In this document: piece by piece, positions 62,381-64,000 of the stretch
Layout of the letters: each line of letters opens with the position of its first letter
How positions within the stretch are numbered: position 1 is the first letter of the stretch
Assembly: GCF_032444005.1 (NCBI RefSeq)
Contig: NC_091286.1
Span: forward strand, 433,814,001 to 433,878,000
Length of the DNA: 64,000 nt
Source of the DNA: Ranitomeya imitator
Lineage: Eukaryota
Reading direction: 5' to 3'
Position numbers and translations under genes: made by a program
The notes under the pieces: model-generated
Seen by the model: only the letters and a program-made list of their open reading frames with translations
Database searches by the model: none
What the model was told of the DNA's origin: nothing

Positions 62381-62516
62381 CCTCGGCTGTGCTCTGTCAG
62401 CTGGATCCAGGCACCCTCTGGGGAATCATTCAGTACATTACGGAGGTGGTGCGCTTCTACTCACCCCCCTCTTTCCAAGTACTGTATGGGCTCTTTCAAA
62501 ACCTAAGGGTTAAGAG

Positions 62517-62838
62517 AATGTAGAAAACCATGCCGTATGCTTCCACCAAGATAGCAAGGATCCAAAAAATTGTGGAATGAAACATTATGGCGTTTTAATG
62601 TAACTCTTATATGACCTTATTTAGCCTTTATCCACTGCTCTACATGTGGGGAGAAGGTGGAAGTTTTCTTTCAGTCTATCTGAAAGGAAGATTTCTTACC
62701 CCCTATGTGGAGCAGTGGATAAAGGCCGAATAAGGGTATATACAGTAAGTATTATAAAACTCCATGAGGTTTTTTTACCCCGATTTTTTGGATCCTTGCT
62801 ATCTTGGGTGGAAGTGTCTCGGCATGGTTTTCTACATT
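62517..62838. repeat. Foldback element (~320 bp, imperfect arms, ~60-bp loop)
   Basis: aatgtagaaaaccatgccg / cggcatggttttctacatt and ccttatttagcctttatccactgct / agcagtggataaaggccgaataagg. Confidence 0.8.
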
Positions 62839-63635
62839 CTGTCCACTCATTACACGTTGGAACTCTACTAAGGAATGGTCCCCGGTAACCACGCTGGCAG
62901 CAAACCACCACCGGGGAACATTACCGGAATTTTGTTCTTTCCAAAGTTGAGCCTGGTTGCACAACTCCACAAGGATGAGCAAAGCCATTTCTCACCTTTC
63001 TCTGGTTTTAAACTGACATACTACGCTTACATAGTGCTCCCATATTTCTCCTTTCCTCCCAGATTACAACCCAAAACAAAAGGGTTAATAATAATTGACT
63101 TGTGGTACCAACATATTCCACAGCACTTACAGGGCTACATCTGGCAAATCAGCCTTTTACAGATTTGGATATGGATATTTTAGCTGCTTCCAGAGTATTT
63201 TTTTGTATTTTTTTGTTGTTGTCAAACACCAAAATTACAAATCTGTATAAAGTCCAAGTTGTCCAGAAATAAAAATCTGTCTCTTGTAGAAAACTATGGG
63301 GTATGTTGTACCTCATTATGCCTCTGGCTTCATATAGAGGAACTATCAAGTGAAAATATGAGCAATGTTACAATGATTTTGTATTTCCATATTTCTACAT
63401 GAGAATATTTCTGCTTTCTGGTGCCATATGGATTCACCGTATGTTGGCATGCAGATTGCCTATGAGACTTTGTGTGCTACCATACAGAGATAGGAGAAGT
63501 CAACAGATGTTTCTCATTGCAGTGGGTCTAACAAGATGTGTAGGAGAAAAGGAAAAGGACAAAATAAGGAAACACTGTATGGGGAAACTATAAAGGGAAT
63601 GGAACATTGAGGTCCCTTCTTTCTCAGGACTGGTA

Positions 63636-63732
63636 TGAGTCTTGGCAATCACACTGGCACCAATCAGAAAGTGATGGCACATCATTGAGTCTTGGCAATC
63701 ACACTGGCACCAATCAGAAAGTGATGGCACAT
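63636..63732 (+). repeat. 50-bp period tandem duplication
   Basis: 47 identical bases at 63636-63682 and 63686-63732. Confidence 0.95.
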
Positions 63733-64000
63733 ATTACTTTCTGAGATGGGAATAACTCAGTAATAGGTATTTTGACTGTACTAATATTCACTATACCTTA
63801 CTCAGATTTCTATTTTGAAGAATAATATTCATATTTGTTTTGTAAAATTGAATCTCAGGCCTCCCATCTGATCACAGTAGAAGGAAGCAGTAAAAAAAAA
63901 TAAACATAAAGCGCTAATAAGGGTGAGAACATGACATTACAATAGAAGATAATGGCAAAAATGGTTCATGCCTAAGATATAAAATATAGGATTGATAAGG

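Overview
Vertebrate nuclear DNA, very probably from a frog (inferred from the transposon families). Well over half of the window is transposable elements, with five N-gaps, and no host gene can be named. Main content: (1) two young, full-length chromodomain Ty3/Gypsy LTR retrotransposons lying tail-to-tail (9816-15549 +, 15888-21689 -); (2) a ~17-kb nest (about 25.2-42.6 kb) of piggyBac-like, Harbinger-like, Penelope, Tc2-like, Tc1 and a deleted tRNA-Ala-primed LTR element; (3) a nearly intact 5'-truncated CR1 LINE (50931-54445); (4) L2 and Penelope relics, solo LTRs, many palindromic MITEs and TE-borne minisatellites. The strongest hidden signals are as follows. Each Gypsy element has a different 9-nt primer-binding site that is exactly complementary to a 9-mer 23 nt after its own TATA-like box, with 5 of 9 positions covarying (tRNA-independent self-priming). 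A variant minimal hammerhead ribozyme sits at the Penelope 3' end, with two degenerate relatives elsewhere. A 21-bp frame-preserving microinversion lies in the Penelope RT. Unrelated MITE families share a GC-rich core flanked by outward-facing consensus 5' splice sites. All calls are by eye from the sequence; no database search was run.
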